A stretch of 56,708 bases of DNA from an uncultured Bdellovibrionales bacterium (GCA_964484505.1 CAZAFB010000008.1:1-56708); one strand, 5' to 3'. Shown: positions 1 through 9,856, counted from the first letter of the stretch. Translations and numbers: made by a program. The notes: generated by a model not told the origin, from the letters alone.

Positions 1-374
1 GAATTGAAGTAGACACCCCCGAAACAATGACTGTTGGAATCGGTGTAGATATTAACAGTACTGCAGTTTTTGAAATCAGTGCATCCGTAATAATACAAAA
101 GCGCGGGAGAAGCAACACCCCAACCATAATAGATATTATCCGGCAAACCATAGTTGGACCCATAAGCGTAGGAAAAAGAATAGGGAGGAGAACCGGACGA
201 ATTGTAATACATGATACTGCCACCATTGTCAGCTATGTAATCGGTAAATGTGTATCCGGCATATGCAAAAGGCAGTGATGTCGGTGCGTCATATGCCATT
301 ATCTTCGGGCAGATTCCGAACGAAAAACAAAAAAAGATAAACGATGCCATCAAATACAAACATATTCTTCTCAT
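1..374 (-). CDS. Secreted Tyr/Gly-rich hypothetical protein, 3'-truncated by the window edge
   Basis: Manual translation from ATG at 374 (SD AGGAG 7 nt upstream): MRRICLYLMASFIFFCFSFGICPKIMAYDAPTSLPFAYAGYTFTDY..., open to base 1. Signal-peptide-like N-terminus. Missing from the ORF track because no stop lies in the window. Confidence 0.75.
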   Translation of the reverse strand, partial: MRRICLYLMASFIFFCFSFGICPKIMAYDAPTSLPFAYAGYTFTDYIADNGGSIMYYNSSGSPPYSFSYAYGSNYGLPDNIYYGWGVASPALLYYYGCTDFKNCSTVNIYTDSNSHCFGGVYFN

Positions 375-544
375 CTCGTAGCTCCTTTTGGATCTCGATA
401 TTTGTATGCGCAAAGTGCTGACCAATAAAGATTCACACAATTTCCATTTTCACCACCTCCTTTCGAATTTTTAAACAACAAGATCTCAGGGTACAACAAG
501 AAAAAACGGTTGTAAAGGGTACTATCGGGTAATTGTTAACAACC

Positions 545-553
545 TGTGGATAA
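545..553 (-). promoter_or_regulatory. Perfect DnaA box
   Basis: TGTGGATAA is the reverse complement of TTATCCACA, 27 nt upstream of the putative rpoB -35. Confidence 0.5.
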
Positions 554-579
554 CTCCGGTGGTTATTTTGGGTTTGCCC

Positions 580-608
580 TTGACAGCGCCCGGAAAAGCT
601 GCTAAATT
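580..608 (+). promoter_or_regulatory. Sigma70-type promoter for rpoBC
   Basis: TTGACA (580-585), 17-nt spacer, TGc-TAAATT extended -10 (603-608). Confidence 0.6.
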
Positions 609-812
609 GTCTGTACATTCACGACTTAGGACTGAAATACTTCACTTTTGCAATTCTTATATAAACACTCTTTCCAGGGTGAAAATGTGTCAAGGGGAAT
701 GGCGAATCCACAATTCAATAAATAAATAAGCGCTAATAACTAAGCTCATTGCGATGCTTTCCTGCTTCCAAGAAATTTTCGAAGCATGGGAATTCCAATG
801 AGAGGTGTTTTT

Positions 813-3800
813 ATGTCTCAAGAAAAAAAGACCCTCAAAGTGAAGGAGTCCTATTCTCCTTCGTCGTCGCTATCGCGTCGAAAGTTTTTCAAGAAACAGC
901 TTATGGTCTCGCTGCCGAATCTCATCGAGGCGCAGATCGACTCGTACAAATGGGTGCTCGACAAGGGCATCAAGGAACTTCTGGACGAGGTTAATCCGAT
1001 CGGTGATTTCACTGGCAAGGACTTGGAACTCTCCATCGTTGATTACTATCTCGACGAACCCAAGTATGACGAATCTACAGCAAGGAATAAGAACATCTCA
1101 TATGAAGCGCCGCTTCGCGCCAAAGCAAAACTGACAATCAAGAAAACCGGCGAAGTGAAAGAGCAGGAAATATATCTCGGTGACTTCCCGGTGATGACCG
1201 AACGCGGAACATTCGTGATCAACGGTGTGGAACGCGTGGTAGTAAGTCAGCTGATTCGCAGTTCTGGAGTTTTCTTCAACATGGAATACCAGCGCGGCAA
1301 GAAGCTGTTCGGAGCGAAAATTATTCCGAACCGCGGCGCATGGTTGGAAATCGATACTGCACTTGATGGTGTGGTTTCCGTGCGTATCGACAGAAAACGC
1401 AAAGTGCCTATAACGGCTCTCTTGCGTGCTTTTGGTATGCAAAAAGATGAAGAAATTTTGGCTGCTTTCTCCGATATTGATAATGGCGAGGTTAAATTCA
1501 TTGAGACAACCCTTTCCAAAGATATCACCAAAAACCAAGGTGAAGGATATAAGGAAATATATAAGCGTATTCGCCCAGGAGATTTGGCAACTGAAGAAAA
1601 TGCCAAACAATTGGTGGAGTCCATGTTCTTCAATTTTGAAAAATATGATTTCGGAAGCGTGGGGCGATATCGCTTGAACCAACGCTTGGATGTGGATCGT
1701 GCAGACACCGAAGAGAACCGTGTTTTGCGCATGGATGATTTGATTCTGATCATCAAAGAAATTATCCGCCTCAACAATGATCCGACCTCGATTGCTGACG
1801 ATATTGATCACTTGGGCAATCGTCGTGTGCGTGGAGTTGGTGAGCTCATTCAGAACAAGCTGCGCATCGGTATGGCTCGCATGGCTCGTAATATCAAAGA
1901 TCGTATGAGTACTTGCGATGTAGCGACTGTGGTTCCAGGACAATTGATCAACTCACGTCCAGTAGCTGCTGCAATCAAAGAATTTTTCTCAAGTTCTCAG
2001 TTATCTCAGTTCATGGACCAAGTTAATCCTTTGGCTGAATTGGAACATAAGCGCCGTCTGTCTGCAATGGGTCCAGGGGGTCTTACGCGTGAACGCGCAG
2101 GCTTTGAAGTGCGTGATGTTCACCATTCACATTATGGTCGCATTTGTCCAGTGGAAACCCCGGAAGGTCCGAACATAGGTTTGGTGGGACACATGTCCAC
2201 ATATGCTCGTGTCAATGAATTCGGCTTTTTGGAAACTCCATATATCAAAGTGTTGACTTTCATGCCGTGTGATAGCAAGGATTTGGAAAACCGTATTTTG
2301 GCGGAAGATATTTCTGGCGTGGGCAAAGCAGGTGAAAAAATCACCGCTGATATAGCCAAAAAACTTGCTAAGTCTGGTAACAAAGATGTTCGCATCAAAC
2401 CATATGTGACTCGCGAAGTGGAATACATCAATGCGACCGTGGAAGATCGCAACATCATTGGTCATGCTTGCATCGACATGGACGAGCACTACAACATCAC
2501 GGAAGATTTCGTGGAAGCTCGCGTGAAAGGACATCCGGAAATGATCGAAGCGCAAAACCTTACTTTCCTAGACGTTAGTGCCAAGCAATGTATCTCGGTA
2601 GCAACCTCGCTGATTCCATTTTTGGAACACGACGATGCCAACCGTGCTCTCATGGGTTCGAACATGCAACGTCAGGCAGTGCCTTGTATCGTGCCGCAAT
2701 CGCCGATTGTGGGAACTGGTATTGAAGACAAAGCTGCCGGAGATTCCGGTCAAGTTGTGCTTGCCGCCAACGACGGAGAAGTGATTGAAGTGGACGCAGC
2801 ACACATCGTGGTTAAAGAGCAAGCGCCTGCCGGAGTGAAAAAAGACCATATTAAGCGCGAATATGTTCTGCAAAGCTTTCAAAAATCCAACGCTTTCACC
2901 AGCATGAGCCAGGCGCCGCGTGTGACCAAAGGACAAATTGTCAAGAAAGGTGACCTGCTTGCCGACGGTGCAGCTACGGACAATGGAGAACTTGCGCTGG
3001 GGCAAAACATGGTTGTGGCTTTCATTCCTTGGGATGGATATAACTTCGAAGACGCGATTATCCTTTCGGAAAAATTGCTTCATGAAGATCGTTATAGCTC
3101 GATTCATATTGAAGATTTCTCGATCGACGTACGCGACACCAAATTGGGAAGCGAAGTTGTGACTCGTGATATTCCGAACATCGGCGAAGAAAGACTCAAA
3201 AACCTTGATGAAACCGGAATTATCCGCATCGGTGCGGAAGTTTCATCGGGCGATATTTTGGTAGGTAAAATTACCCCGAAAGGCGAAGGAGATCTGACAC
3301 CGGAAGAAAGATTGCTTCGCGCGATCTTTGGTGAGAAATCAAAGGATGTCAAAGACTCTTCGCTCTATCTGCCGCATGGCGAACACGGAAAAATCGTGGA
3401 CATCAAAATTCTTTCCCGCGAGCAAGGTGACAAATTACCGACAGGCGTGATCAAGCAAATCCAAGTTTCAATGGCGCAGCTTCGCAAAGTGTCAGTGGGT
3501 GACAAACTTGCCGGACGTCACGGAAACAAAGGTGTGATCTCACGCATCGCGCCAGTTGAGGATATGCCATATCTGCCGGACGGAACTCCAGTTGATGTGA
3601 TTCTCAATCCATTGGGCGTGGCTAGCCGTATGAATATCGGTCAGATTTTGGAAACTCATCTCGGTTGGGCGGGATTGAAACTCGGATACAAAGCAGCAAC
3701 GCCGGTACTCGATGGCGTTACGGAAGACCAGATCAAAGAAGAATTGCGCGCAGCAGGACTTCCTGAAAGCGGCAAGGTTCGTTTGATCGATGGAAAGACT

Positions 3801-4247
3801 GGTGAATATTTCGATAACGAGACGACGGTCGGTGTGATGTATGTGATGAAGCTGAACCACTTAGTGGAAGACAAGATCCACATGCGTTCAATCGGACCAT
3901 ACTCATTGATTACGCAGCAGCCGCTCGGTGGCAAGGCGCAGTTCGGAGGACAGCGCTTTGGAGAAATGGAAGTGTGGGCGCTGGAAGGTTATGGCGCCGC
4001 TTACACCTTGCAGGAAATGTTGACGATCAAATCTGACGACGTGCTTGGACGCTCAAAAGCATATGAATCAATAATCAAGGGCGAAAAAATCAAGAGTCCG
4101 AACATTCCAGCTTCTTTCCATGTGCTGGTGAATGAACTCAAAGGACTTTGCTTGGATGTGGAATTGGTCGGCTCCAAGCTCGCGGAATCTTCTGATGATG
4201 AGGAAGATGAAGAGAAAAAGCCCGAAGAGGATATTGATCAGATTTAA
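813..4247 (+). CDS. rpoB: DNA-directed RNA polymerase beta subunit
   Basis: Motifs GTFVINGVERVVVSQL, RDVHHSHYGRICPVETPEGPNIGL, GDKLAGRHGNKGV, GGQRFGEMEVWALE. Start moved to ATG 813, which has SD GAGGTG; ORF track starts at 786. Confidence 0.99.
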   Translation: MSQEKKTLKVKESYSPSSSLSRRKFFKKQLMVSLPNLIEAQIDSYKWVLDKGIKELLDEVNPIGDFTGKDLELSIVDYYLDEPKYDESTARNKNISYEAPLRAKAKLTIKKTGEVKEQEIYLGDFPVMTERGTFVINGVERVVVSQLIRSSGVFFNMEYQRGKKLFGAKIIPNRGAWLEIDTALDGVVSVRIDRKRKVPITALLRAFGMQKDEEILAAFSDIDNGEVKFIETTLSKDITKNQGEGYKEIYKRIRPGDLATEENAKQLVESMFFNFEKYDFGSVGRYRLNQRLDVDRADTEENRVLRMDDLILIIKEIIRLNNDPTSIADDIDHLGNRRVRGVGELIQNKLRIGMARMARNIKDRMSTCDVATVVPGQLINSRPVAAAIKEFFSSSQLSQFMDQVNPLAELEHKRRLSAMGPGGLTRERAGFEVRDVHHSHYGRICPVETPEGPNIGLVGHMSTYARVNEFGFLETPYIKVLTFMPCDSKDLENRILAEDISGVGKAGEKITADIAKKLAKSGNKDVRIKPYVTREVEYINATVEDRNIIGHACIDMDEHYNITEDFVEARVKGHPEMIEAQNLTFLDVSAKQCISVATSLIPFLEHDDANRALMGSNMQRQAVPCIVPQSPIVGTGIEDKAAGDSGQVVLAANDGEVIEVDAAHIVVKEQAPAGVKKDHIKREYVLQSFQKSNAFTSMSQAPRVTKGQIVKKGDLLADGAATDNGELALGQNMVVAFIPWDGYNFEDAIILSEKLLHEDRYSSIHIEDFSIDVRDTKLGSEVVTRDIPNIGEERLKNLDETGIIRIGAEVSSGDILVGKITPKGEGDLTPEERLLRAIFGEKSKDVKDSSLYLPHGEHGKIVDIKILSREQGDKLPTGVIKQIQVSMAQLRKVSVGDKLAGRHGNKGVISRIAPVEDMPYLPDGTPVDVILNPLGVASRMNIGQILETHLGWAGLKLGYKAATPVLDGVTEDQIKEELRAAGLPESGKVRLIDGKTGEYFDNETTVGVMYVMKLNHLVEDKIHMRSIGPYSLITQQPLGGKAQFGGQRFGEMEVWALEGYGAAYTLQEMLTIKSDDVLGRSKAYESIIKGEKIKSPNIPASFHVLVNELKGLCLDVELVGSKLAESSDDEEDEEKKPEEDIDQI

Positions 4248-4288
4248 ATAATAATTAATCTGACAAATATCATTCAATAAACAAACTT

Positions 4289-7200
4289 ATGGAAAATATT
4301 ACAAAGGTCAGTGATTTCAACAGTGTACGCCTCAAGCTGGCAAGTCCTGAAGACATCACCAATTGGTCGCATGGCGAGGTAACCAAGCCGGAGACCATCA
4401 ACTATCGTACCCAACGCTATGAAAAGGACGGACTTTTCTGCGAGAAAATTTTCGGACCTTCCAAGGACTGGGAATGTTATTGCGGAAAATATAAGCGTAT
4501 CCGTTATAAAGGTATCGTTTGTGACAAGTGTGGTGTGGAAGTAACCCGGTCAATTGTGCGTCGCGAGCGCATGGGGCACATCAGTTTGGCCGTGCCGGTT
4601 TCGCACATTTGGTTTTTACGTGGTGTTCCTTCCAAGATCGGTTTGGCTCTAGGCGTTTCTTTGCAGAGCTTGGAGAAAGTTGTATATTTCTCTTCCTATA
4701 TTGTCAAAAATGTTGATGAAAAAATTCGCGAGAGTGTACTTAACCAATTGGAACAGGAATACAAAACGAAGCAGAAGGAAGTAAAAGGAGGAAATGTTGA
4801 TCGTGCCGGCAGCGCTGACGAAGCATTGGAGGAACTCAAAGAACAGTATCGTGGTATCAAGGAAGAACTCAAAAACTTGAAGCCTCTGCAAATTCTTTCT
4901 GAACTCGAATACTTCAATCTTTCTACTCGTTTCGGACAGGTATTTTCGGCTGGTATCGGTTCGGAAGCAGTTCGTGAAATTTTGGAGAAGATGGATGTGG
5001 AAAAAGCTATCAAGCAAATCAAGACCGAATTGGACAATGATGAAGTCACTGATCGCAAGAAGGCGTTCAAGCGTTTGAAACTGTTGCAAGGATTCCAAAA
5101 AGCTGGTCTTAAACTGGAATGGATGCTGCTTAAGGCGATTCCTGTTATTCCACCAGATCTTCGTCCGATGGTTGCATTGGATGGAGGACGCTTTGCAACT
5201 TCCGATTTGAATGATCTTTATCGCCGTATTATCAACCGTAACAACCGCCTCAAGAAATTGATGGACTTGGGAGCGCCTGAAGTGATTACCCGCAACGAAA
5301 AACGCATGCTTCAGGAGGCTGTAGACGCACTTTTTGACAATAGTGCTCGCAAAGGTCAAGCCAGCGTTGCTGCTTCAACCGGACAAAGAAGGGCGCTCCG
5401 CTCCCTGGCTGATGCTCTCAAGGGAAAGCAAGGACGTTTTCGTCAGAACTTACTCGGAAAACGTGTGGATTATTCCGGTCGTAGCGTGATCGTGGTTGGT
5501 CCGCAACTCAAACTGCATCAGTGTGGTTTGCCGAAGAAGATGGCATTGGAATTATTCAAGCCGTTTATCATCAACAAACTTATTGAAAAAGAATTTGCGC
5601 ATAATGTTCGCACTGCCGGTCGTATGGTTGATGCGGAAGCGGAAGAGGCATATGAAATTCTCGATGAAATCATCGAACATCACTATGTTCTTTTGAACCG
5701 CGCCCCAACCCTTCACCGCTTGTCGATTCAGGCATTCCAGCCTGTGCTTATAGAAGGAAAAGCTATTCAGGTTCATCCGATGGTGTGTGCCGCTTTTAAT
5801 GCTGACTTCGATGGTGACCAGATGGCTGTGCATGTGCCGCTAACCGATCAAGCACGTGAAGAAAGCCGCAACGTGATGCTTTCGGCTAAAAACTTGCTCA
5901 AACCTGCTTCGGGAGATCCGATTGCAGTGCCGTCGCAGGATATCGTGCTTGGTGCATATTATATGACCCACATGAAGGATGGTCTGAGGGGTGAAGGCAA
6001 GGCGTTCTCTTCGATGGAAGAAGTTATTTTGGCATATCAATCAGGCGTGATCGCAATTAACGCGAAAATAAAGATGCTTTGGGATGGCCAGATGATTGAG
6101 ACTTCCGCAGGACGCGTTTTGCTCAATGACATCGTGCCGGAAGAATTGCGCTTTGTGAATGAGGAAATGACCAAGAAGGATCTGAAAGTTTTGGTAGCGA
6201 AGGTCTTGAGTATGTATGGTCAGGAAAAGACTGCGCAATTTATCGATCGTATCAAACATTTGGGATTCCGCATGGCCGGACGCTCAGGTATCAGTTGGGG
6301 AATGGATGACCTCAAGGTACCGGAAGAAAAATATGACATCATGAAGAAAGCGGAAACAGATGTGGAAGCGATCAATCAGCAATATAATATGGGACTTCTC
6401 ACCGAAGAGGAACGCAAGAGTCGCGCTGTGGAAGTGTGGAATCGCGCTAAGAATCAAATCGCGGATGTGGTCAGCGCTTCGCTCGACAAGGAAGGACCCG
6501 TGTATTCGATGGTTCACTCCAAAGCTCGTGGATCTGAATCAGTGGTGGTGCAGATGATGGGTATGAAGGGCTTGGTGGCAGGACCGACCGGAGAAACGAT
6601 CGAACTGCCGGTGAAAAGTTCCTTCAAAGAAGGTTTCAACGTTCTGGAATATTTCATTTCGACTCACGGTGCACGTAAAGGTATGGCAGATACTGCACTT
6701 CGTACAGCTACTGCTGGTTACCTCACGCGTCGTTTGGTTGACGTGGCACAGGATATTATCGTACGCGAAGAAGATTGCGGCGACAAAGAAGGCGCTTATC
6801 TTTACAAAGCAGACTCCGACAAGATTGGACAAAGTTTTGCTGCTCGCGTGGAAGGACGCTTTGCTGTCGAGGATGTGAAAGATACCAAGGGCGAAGTGCT
6901 TGCCAAGAAAGGTAAGTGCGTGACCAAGGAAGAAGCGAAGGCGATCGAAAAGGCGAATGTGGAAAAGGTGAAGATTCGCAGCGTGGCGACTTGCAAAACT
7001 CGTCGTGGCGTTTGTCAGAAATGTTATGGTGTGGACCTCGGACGCAGCGATATTGTGGCTATAGGACAGGCTGTGGGAACTGTGGCTGCACAAGCTATCG
7101 GTGAACCGGGAACACAGCTAACGATGCGTACGTTCCATATCGGAGGTGTCGCGGGATCGGACATCACGCAAGGTCTTCCTCGTGTGGAAGAAATCTTTGA

Positions 7201-7867
7201 ATGTCGTCCACCGAAAGGTGAAGCGGTAATTTCCGAAGTTGACGGCATCGTTACTGATATCATCAATGAAAACAAGAAGACCGTGACTGTGCGTATTCAA
7301 ACTCAAGGCAAGAAGCAGGAAGACGTGGATTACCTTGTGCCAGCCGGTTCTACAATTCTTGTGGAGAAAGGACAGCTCGTGGGCAAGGGAACACAGATCA
7401 ATGAAGGGCACATTGACCTCAAGAAACTATATCAGACTATGGGACAGGAAGAAGTCCATCGCTATATTATCCGCGAAATCCAGGAGATTTATGCTTCACA
7501 GGGTGAAGGAATTAACGACAAACACATCGAAGTGGTGATCCGCCAGATGTTCAGCCGTGTCAAGATTTTGAATCCTGGTGACACCGATCTTTTGCCTGGT
7601 GACATCGTGGAACGCGACCAGTTCGAAGAAGCGAACGAGGAAGCGGTGAATAATGGAGGTGAGAAAGCGGAGGGAGAAATAATGATCATGGGTATCACGA
7701 AAGTAGCGCTTTCGACCGAATCATTCCTCTCAGCTGCATCCTTCCAGGAAACCGCTCGTGTGCTTATCAATGCCGCAGTTACCGGCAAAGACGACAAGCT
7801 CCGCGGTCTCAAGGAAAACGTGATCATCGGCCGCCTGATTCCAGCGGGAACGGGATACCGAAAGTAG
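4289..7867 (+). CDS. rpoC: DNA-directed RNA polymerase beta-prime subunit
   Basis: Zn finger CYCGKYK...CDKCG, catalytic NADFDGDQMAVH, TQLTMRTFH, GLKENVIIGRLIPAGTG. Confidence 0.99.
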   Translation: MENITKVSDFNSVRLKLASPEDITNWSHGEVTKPETINYRTQRYEKDGLFCEKIFGPSKDWECYCGKYKRIRYKGIVCDKCGVEVTRSIVRRERMGHISLAVPVSHIWFLRGVPSKIGLALGVSLQSLEKVVYFSSYIVKNVDEKIRESVLNQLEQEYKTKQKEVKGGNVDRAGSADEALEELKEQYRGIKEELKNLKPLQILSELEYFNLSTRFGQVFSAGIGSEAVREILEKMDVEKAIKQIKTELDNDEVTDRKKAFKRLKLLQGFQKAGLKLEWMLLKAIPVIPPDLRPMVALDGGRFATSDLNDLYRRIINRNNRLKKLMDLGAPEVITRNEKRMLQEAVDALFDNSARKGQASVAASTGQRRALRSLADALKGKQGRFRQNLLGKRVDYSGRSVIVVGPQLKLHQCGLPKKMALELFKPFIINKLIEKEFAHNVRTAGRMVDAEAEEAYEILDEIIEHHYVLLNRAPTLHRLSIQAFQPVLIEGKAIQVHPMVCAAFNADFDGDQMAVHVPLTDQAREESRNVMLSAKNLLKPASGDPIAVPSQDIVLGAYYMTHMKDGLRGEGKAFSSMEEVILAYQSGVIAINAKIKMLWDGQMIETSAGRVLLNDIVPEELRFVNEEMTKKDLKVLVAKVLSMYGQEKTAQFIDRIKHLGFRMAGRSGISWGMDDLKVPEEKYDIMKKAETDVEAINQQYNMGLLTEEERKSRAVEVWNRAKNQIADVVSASLDKEGPVYSMVHSKARGSESVVVQMMGMKGLVAGPTGETIELPVKSSFKEGFNVLEYFISTHGARKGMADTALRTATAGYLTRRLVDVAQDIIVREEDCGDKEGAYLYKADSDKIGQSFAARVEGRFAVEDVKDTKGEVLAKKGKCVTKEEAKAIEKANVEKVKIRSVATCKTRRGVCQKCYGVDLGRSDIVAIGQAVGTVAAQAIGEPGTQLTMRTFHIGGVAGSDITQGLPRVEEIFECRPPKGEAVISEVDGIVTDIINENKKTVTVRIQTQGKKQEDVDYLVPAGSTILVEKGQLVGKGTQINEGHIDLKKLYQTMGQEEVHRYIIREIQEIYASQGEGINDKHIEVVIRQMFSRVKILNPGDTDLLPGDIVERDQFEEANEEAVNNGGEKAEGEIMIMGITKVALSTESFLSAASFQETARVLINAAVTGKDDKLRGLKENVIIGRLIPAGTGYRK

Positions 7868-7902
7868 CTTTTAGCTTATAGGCTAGTGAAAACTTCAGAT
7901 AG

Positions 7903-7938
7903 AAAAAAGAGAACCCTTGTGGTTCTCTTTTTCTTTTT
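7903..7938 (+). terminator. Intrinsic terminator after rpoC (bidirectional form)
   Basis: A-tract, AGAGAACC/GGTTCTCT stem with 5-nt loop, then T-tract. Confidence 0.85.
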
Positions 7939-8106
7939 TGAATAGAAAATAAGATATTTCATGTACCTAAGCAGTTCTATCAGGTTAGATTATGATGAAA
8001 ACTAAAATGTACAACATTCTCACATTCTGCAGAATACCAGAATGTTGTTTTTCTGTGATGCAAAAGACAGAACATATAATTCTTGTGGTGTTAGCGTAAT
8101 AATAAC

Positions 8107-8144
8107 AAGGCGCGTGACCCGAGTGTGGGGAGCGCGCTTTTTTT
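8107..8144 (+). terminator. Terminator-like hairpin upstream of the micro-ORF cluster
   Basis: AAGGCGCGT...AGCGCGC followed by T7. Confidence 0.5.
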
Positions 8145-8167
8145 GTGCTTGAATAAAGGAGGAAAAG

Positions 8168-8245
8168 GTGATAGTGTTTAGATATGGGGGAGTTGTTGAT
8201 TTTACAACAAGGGGAGGGTTTACACATGAAATTCAGTTGGCATAA
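8168..8245 (+). CDS. Possible 25-aa micro-ORF
   Basis: AGGAGG 5 nt before GTG; MIVFRYGGVVDFTTRGGFTHEIQLA; overlaps the next ORF; no recognised homolog. Confidence 0.25.
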   Translation: MIVFRYGGVVDFTTRGGFTHEIQLA

Positions 8246-8411
8246 AGCGGCGATTACGGATCGGCGGAGAAATGAAATGATAATCGGGCGGAAAGTAAGG
8301 CCGCAAAAAGAAGCGGATTGTGTCGAAAACATCTTGAAGATTATCAAAAGAAGGGACCCGCACGGCGAAAAGGCGATGACACGGCTAAGAAAGGTGTATT
8401 CTCAATTCTGA
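8226..8411 (+). CDS. Small basic hypothetical protein (61 aa)
   Basis: SD GGAGGG before ATG 8226; MKFSWHKAAITDRRRNEMIIGRK... Confidence 0.5.
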   Translation: MKFSWHKAAITDRRRNEMIIGRKVRPQKEADCVENILKIIKRRDPHGEKAMTRLRKVYSQF

Positions 8412-8432
8412 AATCAAGAAGGAGGTATGCAT

Positions 8433-8579
8433 ATGTGTGAAATGGGACACAAATCACTCGGCGGCTATCGTGAAATCATGGTGTCTGATAAAAAAGAGCA
8501 AGTAGGCATAGTACACGAAAAGCTGAATGATGCAAATAACGAACTTGCATTGCAGAAAAAGGAAAAGAAAAGTGAGTAA
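8433..8579 (+). CDS. Small hypothetical protein (48 aa), below the ORF-track cutoff
   Basis: SD GGAGGT 6 nt before ATG; MCEMGHKSLGGYREIMVSDKKEQVGIVHEKLNDANNELALQKKEKKSE; followed by a terminator. Confidence 0.6.
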   Translation: MCEMGHKSLGGYREIMVSDKKEQVGIVHEKLNDANNELALQKKEKKSE

Positions 8580-8605
8580 TGAACAAAAGATAGAAAATAG
8601 GTAAT

Positions 8606-8630
8606 AAGGCTGGGAATTTCCCGGCCTTTT
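8606..8630 (+). terminator. Intrinsic terminator
   Basis: AAGGCTGGGA/TCCCGGCCTT stem, T-rich tail. Confidence 0.7.
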
Positions 8631-8658
8631 CTTATTTTTAAAAATATACTAACTGTTA

Positions 8659-8687
8659 TTGACAAAATTGAATTTATGATATATAAA
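8659..8687 (+). promoter_or_regulatory. Near-consensus sigma70 promoter of the lipoprotein gene
   Basis: TTGACA-17-TATAAA. Confidence 0.8.
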
Positions 8688-8828
8688 GTAATGTCACACA
8701 GATAAAATGAAAAATCTGCTGGACGAAGAACCTTTACATATATGCTAACCGGTTGATTTTTTGGCTCCATAACGCCCTTTTGGGCATAGACGGATCGCAA
8801 GATCCAAAACAGCAAAAAGGAGGAAGTC

Positions 8829-9647
8829 ATGAAGAAAGTCAGAGATTTTTTCTATTGGTCACTTTTTCTGTTTGTCATCGTAGCTTTTGCCGGCTGTGGA
8901 AGCGGCGGAAGCGGAACAGAGGCGAAATCGGATGGCGGCAGCAGCATGCCGCAGGAAGTGGTGGTTGACACCACCCCCATCCCCTCTTCCGGGGACCGTG
9001 TTCTTGCAGTCGAGAGCATGGGCGGAGGAAAATGGCGCCTGACCCTCGATGGGACAGGCATAGAAGATCCCTTTTTCCGGGGGCAGTCTTCCCTGGAAGA
9101 GGGAGCCTGCTGGAAGGCTTATCCAGTAACGAAAGACCCGAATTTCCCGGGTAAGCTGTTTGTCGAAGTTTCATGGACAAACGGCTTTACTTTTGAGTTT
9201 GTTTTCGGGACCATCGGGCAGTGGGGACAGGAAAGAAATGTCGTCCCCGCGGGCAGCAAATACGCCTACCCGCTCGACAACCCTGATCGTTTCCGGGTGG
9301 CGCTGACGGGAAACGGAGCCGCGGCCGACACCGTCCTCGGGATTGAGGACAAGGGATCCGGGGAATACTGGATTACCCTGGACTTCACCCCGAACGATGA
9401 TCTCATGGCATCGGCGTATGTCACAGGACTGCTTGGTCCCAACAGTGACATATGGACAACTTACTTTGTCGAAGACCTTGGAAATAAACAAGGTCGGATA
9501 AAAGTATATTGGAGTGCCCCCGGATTGTTCAAATGCAAGCTGGGGAAGATGATTCCCGGACCGGAAAATCGCGTTAAATTATTTACCCCGGTCGGGAAGT
9601 ACGCAGTTGGTGACGAAATCGTCATTCAGCTGCCACTGACGAACTGA
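8829..9647 (+). CDS. Putative lipoprotein with two repeated beta-rich domains
   Basis: SD AGGAGG; signal peptide ending in lipobox FAG-C; Gly/Ser linker; internal duplication; visibly higher GC than neighbours. Confidence 0.85.
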   Translation: MKKVRDFFYWSLFLFVIVAFAGCGSGGSGTEAKSDGGSSMPQEVVVDTTPIPSSGDRVLAVESMGGGKWRLTLDGTGIEDPFFRGQSSLEEGACWKAYPVTKDPNFPGKLFVEVSWTNGFTFEFVFGTIGQWGQERNVVPAGSKYAYPLDNPDRFRVALTGNGAAADTVLGIEDKGSGEYWITLDFTPNDDLMASAYVTGLLGPNSDIWTTYFVEDLGNKQGRIKVYWSAPGLFKCKLGKMIPGPENRVKLFTPVGKYAVGDEIVIQLPLTN

Positions 9648-9666
9648 TCGGATCTGGAGAGAATAT

Positions 9667-9718
9667 GCGCCGAAGACAATGCAATGTAATATTATTGCAA
9701 AGTCTTCGGCGCTTTTTT
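9667..9718 (+). terminator. Long-stem intrinsic terminator
   Basis: GCGCCGAAGAC/GTCTTCGGCGC 11-bp stem plus inner TGCAAT/ATTGCA, then T6. Confidence 0.8.
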
Positions 9719-9856
9719 AATTTTACAAATTTGCACCAAAAGAAGGAAAAAACAAAAAGTTTTTTTGGGTATTTTATGATAAGTATGCTTGGCAAAACGG
9801 TAGGGGAAATCCTTGCCGTTATTTTTGTTTATAAATGGCTAAAAAGGAAAAATAAG

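Noticed and set aside
500-760. Possible replication origin upstream of rpoB
   Set aside because: Only one perfect DnaA box; no box cluster, and no dnaA/dnaN nearby.
1098-7827. Many long antisense and alternate-frame ORFs over rpoB/rpoC (and similarly over uvrA/B, ileS, the adhesin and leuS)
   Set aside because: Shadow ORFs of strongly conserved genes, with no motifs or start signals.
9791-9820. GGCAAA followed by a GAAA-capped hairpin, resembling a c-di-GMP-I riboswitch
   Set aside because: The required GACGCAAA junction and P3 stem are absent after the hairpin.
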